DNA of 64,000 nt from the human T2T-CHM13v2.0 reference genome, Homo sapiens: NCBI RefSeq assembly GCF_009914755.1, contig NC_060938.1; one strand, 5' to 3'. Of the stretch, positions 59,981 to 64,000 are shown one piece after another; position 1 is the first letter of the stretch, and every line of letters starts with the position of its first letter. The position numbers and the translations under genes are program-made. The notes below the pieces were generated by a model that had not been told where the DNA came from, did not search any database, and worked only from the letters and a program-made list of their open reading frames with translations.

Positions 59981-61689
59981 GTTGTAGAAGATGAGCTTTT
60001 CCTGCTTAATTCTGCCTAAAGCCAGCCCTAAAATAGTTCCATCTGATAAATCCAAGGTTTCTGTTTCTAATATAATATGAGGACATGCTCTGCTTTACAA
60101 TTATTCTTTTACTATTATTCCTAATTATTCTGTTTATGTTTACTTGGAATGCCTGGGGGATTCAATAAAGATATTCCAATATGTGCACAATCCTGAAGAA
60201 ATCAATAGACAGAATGAAAATGAAGTGAGATGTAAGCAGGCTTTCTATATCGAAATCATATTGTTCACTGGAGACTGTGCCATTCTGCTTCTTCAGGAAA
60301 ACAAGCAGCCTTGTGCTTCTGTGTGTTAGGAAAGCAGAAGTCCTGGTCTAGAAAGCTGTTCTAATCAACCAGTAGCTGCAAGCTATATTACTGAACTTTG
60401 TGTTACAAGCGATGGTGGGTGCATTGTGACACACCATAGTTTTCATCTGATGATCTCAATCTGCTTAGAGTATAATAGTTTCTCTCAACCTTTACCATCT
60501 TAAGCACCACTAAGGTATTGAATCATCACAGGGAGGCCAAATGGAATGCATGCAATAGATTGTATAATGGGATGGTTGTTTCTGTTATATAATGTAACAA
60601 TCATGCCAAATAAAAAATGCTTGGTGTTGCTCTAAGACATATATTTATGCTAGAGCCCCCACATGGGCTAAAGTCACTGCAGGATAAGCAGAGCAGGCAG
60701 CTGTCTATGGGATCCGTCTGTGGAATATGATTTTAGGCCTTTTTCCCCCTTCCCCAAGAACTCTCTCCCCTTAATATTTATGCATTTATTCTGTCAACAA
60801 GAACTCATTGGGTACCTATTATGGACCAGACACTTTTATCTTAGAGTTGCAGACTTATACATGAGCTAGTTTTTAATTGTAAATAAGGTGTGATGAAAGC
60901 TATATTAGGAGGTGCAGACTGTCCCAGGATCCCAGCATGTCATACAAGGCCTTTGCTTTTAAATGCAGCTAGCTTTGTCTTCCTTGCCTCCTCCCAATTC
61001 AACCTAGTTTTGCCACATTGAAATTCTGGAGGTATCATTAAAAAGCCACAGTTTTCACATACCATGATTTCTACAAGCTTCTTCCTTTACTTGAAATGAT
61101 AGCCCCCATCTTTTCTGTTTGATGAACTGTTATCCAACAATACAGATTTAGTTGAAATGCAGCCTCCTTTTTGAAACATTCTCTGATTTTTCCACCTTTT
61201 TCTCCTTCCTCTCTGTCAACCTGCCTTTTTTAAAACTCCAAAGCATTTTGTTTTTCTCTATGGCGTTTTTTTATTATATGTCACAAGATATAACCCTGTA
61301 GACAATTTTTTACTTTTATTGGTTTATAAACTCTTTAGAGCAGAGATCATGTATTTCTTCCTCTCCAGCATTTATTTTAGAAAATTGCATACTGTTCAAT
61401 AAATGCTAATTAACATAGTGAATAAATTGAAAAATAAATACCACTTGCTTAGGAGCTATTGTGAAATTTACATATTTCATAACATTTAATTTTTAGAATT
61501 CTGCAAGATAAATATTATCCTCACCATTTTACAAATGAGGAAACAAAAATGTTGATAGGCTAAATGAGTTGTTCAAAGCCACACAGCTTGGAAATGGTGA
61601 ATTTGTCTGGTTTCAATGGTCATCTTCTATTTTACTATCCTGCAGAGAATAAATGAGAATGGTTGTGTAATTATATAAAGGGTCCCTTC

Positions 61690-61855
61690 ATTCTTGCTAC
61701 TCAAAATGTATTGGACAGATCAGCAGCACTGAAATTACATGGAAGCTTGTGAAAATGTAGAATCTTAGGCCCTAGTTTACATCTATTGAATAAGAATTTG
61801 CACTTCTAATGTGACTTTCAGATTATTCTTATTGACATTACAGATTAAGAAGTAT
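61690..61855. mobile_element. MER5-like hAT fossil
   Basis: gctactcaaaatgt...cagcagcac...aaaatgtagaatcttaggccc. Confidence 0.6.
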
Positions 61856-62256
61856 CTATTAAGTTTTTCCTAGATTTATCTTGTGACCTAGCCTTTATAA
61901 GACTTCCCAGTCTATACAGCTCATCTCAGATACACAGAATATTGATGCTAATTATTACATCCATCCAATAAGCAGAAGGAAGCCTACGGTTATCAGTGAA
62001 GGTCTGTCCCGGATTCTGGAAGACTAGTAAGACCTTACCTAACTTTCTAGTATCCTTCCTTCCTTGTTTTTCCCTTCATCTCCCTTAATCATCCTTTGAG
62101 AGAAGAGGGCTAAGTAATGCAAAAAACAAAACATCTTTAACTTACTCACAAATGTGAAAATACTCCAAGTACTTTTCACTAGGATTATTTGATTATGAGG
62201 AATAAAGTATTACTTAAGCTAGCTAAAGAAAAGCCAGCTTAAGAATACATATGGAG

Positions 62257-62593
<337 letters not shown>

Positions 62594-64000
62594 TCATAGA
62601 TATCTAAGTAGATGATCAGTAATAGGACTGGCCCTCAAGGAAATGGATCCAAACTCAAGGTCATTTAAGCATTTTAGGAGTTTTAGGGTCTTCTTTTAGT
62701 GATTTACCATTAATAGATTGCAGCTACCACATCTCTGTCCTCACCACCATCACCATTGTGTGCTCCTCTGTCATTTCCTCTTCTCACCATATTTTTTTTT
62801 TCTTTTCATTCAGGTTCTAAAGATTGACACTATGAGTGGCTATTCTCATATATTTTGTGAGGCCACATGGATCCTAGATCATTGGGTAGTAGTATATGAG
62901 TTGTGAAAAAACTTCTGTGGTCAAATTGCTATTTCCGGTTCCATACCCATGGTTTGAGGTATATCATCATTTCTTTTATAAATATCCTTTTAGCTTCTGA
63001 AGAGACTTGAGAAGACCGGTTTCCTTTAAAAGGGTTACATATAGATCACGCTGTGAAACATGTCTAGGGTAAAAACGAATGAAATAAGTTAGCTTTTTCC
63101 AAGTCAGTGTTGAAGAACTAGCTAGCTTATTATATACTCCGTGGATATGACTAATTGTTGAAATTCTGCAAGATATGGTGTTACATTAAGAGACAAAACA
63201 TAGGTTACAATGTCCCATTGGCTTAATTTTTTAATCGAGTATTTATTGAGTACCTACTACTAGTCAGATATTCTGTCATCTGAAATTATAGGGATGCAAA
63301 AAACCTAGCTGAGTCCTTCAGGAGTGTTATAATTTACTGATCACAGCTATACAAGGAAATTTTTCCAAGATTTATGTCAACTAAAAAAATACGTGCATAG
63401 CCCATGAGCCTAAGATGTGGCTTTTATGTGTATCGCTACTCTTGTTCAATTTTATTCAAAATTTTGTGTAGTGAAATTAACATTAATTTGCTGCTAAGAT
63501 AATTGTCTTCATTGATCCAAGCAATATGGAAGGAGGCAAGAATGAGTAACTCTAGCTTATGCCTGAAAAACATTTAAAAAATATTGAAAGACTAAGAATT
63601 AAATACACAGTTTCTTGGTGGCTATTTTAGGGGCTGTCGTAAATGTTAGGTCTAGGGTATTGCCTTATCCTTGGATAAGGAGGGCACATAATGTAAAAAT
63701 AATAGTGCTCTGTTCTGTCAGCTCTTTGGAAGTATCTATTCTAAGAACTGTTTGGGGTACAGTTTATTTGTAATGAATATTAGTCCATTTTATTCCAATA
63801 TACAAAGTCAAGACAACTTTGTAACTCAGTTACAATTGAGGGAGACACACTATGAGTCCTTGCATGAGTATGCATCATGTATGAGCCCAATATTTACCCT
63901 GCCCAAAGTACTAGGTTTCAAAGATTATCACAATCCTACGGTGATTTCCTATTGCCAGGTAGGGTGAGTTAGCTGAGACAGTTCTACTTATTCAAAGTCT

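Noticed and set aside
63722-63963. Possible plus-strand exon (tgttctgtcag acceptor; gtaggg/gtgagt donors)
   Set aside because: No partner exons or coding signal; such sites are expected by chance in 64 kb.

Overview
AT-rich, repeat-dense primate (human or great-ape) nuclear DNA. I can support no intact protein-coding gene, RNA gene or CRISPR array. All long ORFs come from LINE-1; the short ORFs are L1-antisense, Alu-derived or chance. The window is dominated by two full-length, same-orientation (minus-strand) L1s about 7.5 kb apart, each with its own TSD and each with broken ORFs: an L1PA3-like copy that keeps the ~129-bp ZNF93-binding 5'UTR segment and an L1PA2-like copy that lacks it. Both sit at or within an old L1M element that also hosts MSTA, L1PB, AluJ and MLT2 insertions and a ~337-bp captured copy of nearby unique DNA. 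Further along are a half-deleted HERV-K(HML-2) LTR5, an ancient two-LTR ERVL (LTR16) remnant, THE1, Alus, truncated L1PAs, DNA transposon fossils, and MIR/L2 fragments. The most interesting unexplained signals are: (1) about 12 non-consensus variants shared by the two L1s despite different subfamily diagnostics, suggesting local gene conversion; (2) a cluster of decayed minus-strand exons at 0.3-4.0 kb that may be the fossil of a lost FN3-type single-pass membrane protein gene; (3) a templated, TSD-less insertion; (4) a 17-nt L1 3' transduction tag. Subfamily names and consensus comparisons come from recalled consensus sequences, not from a database search.
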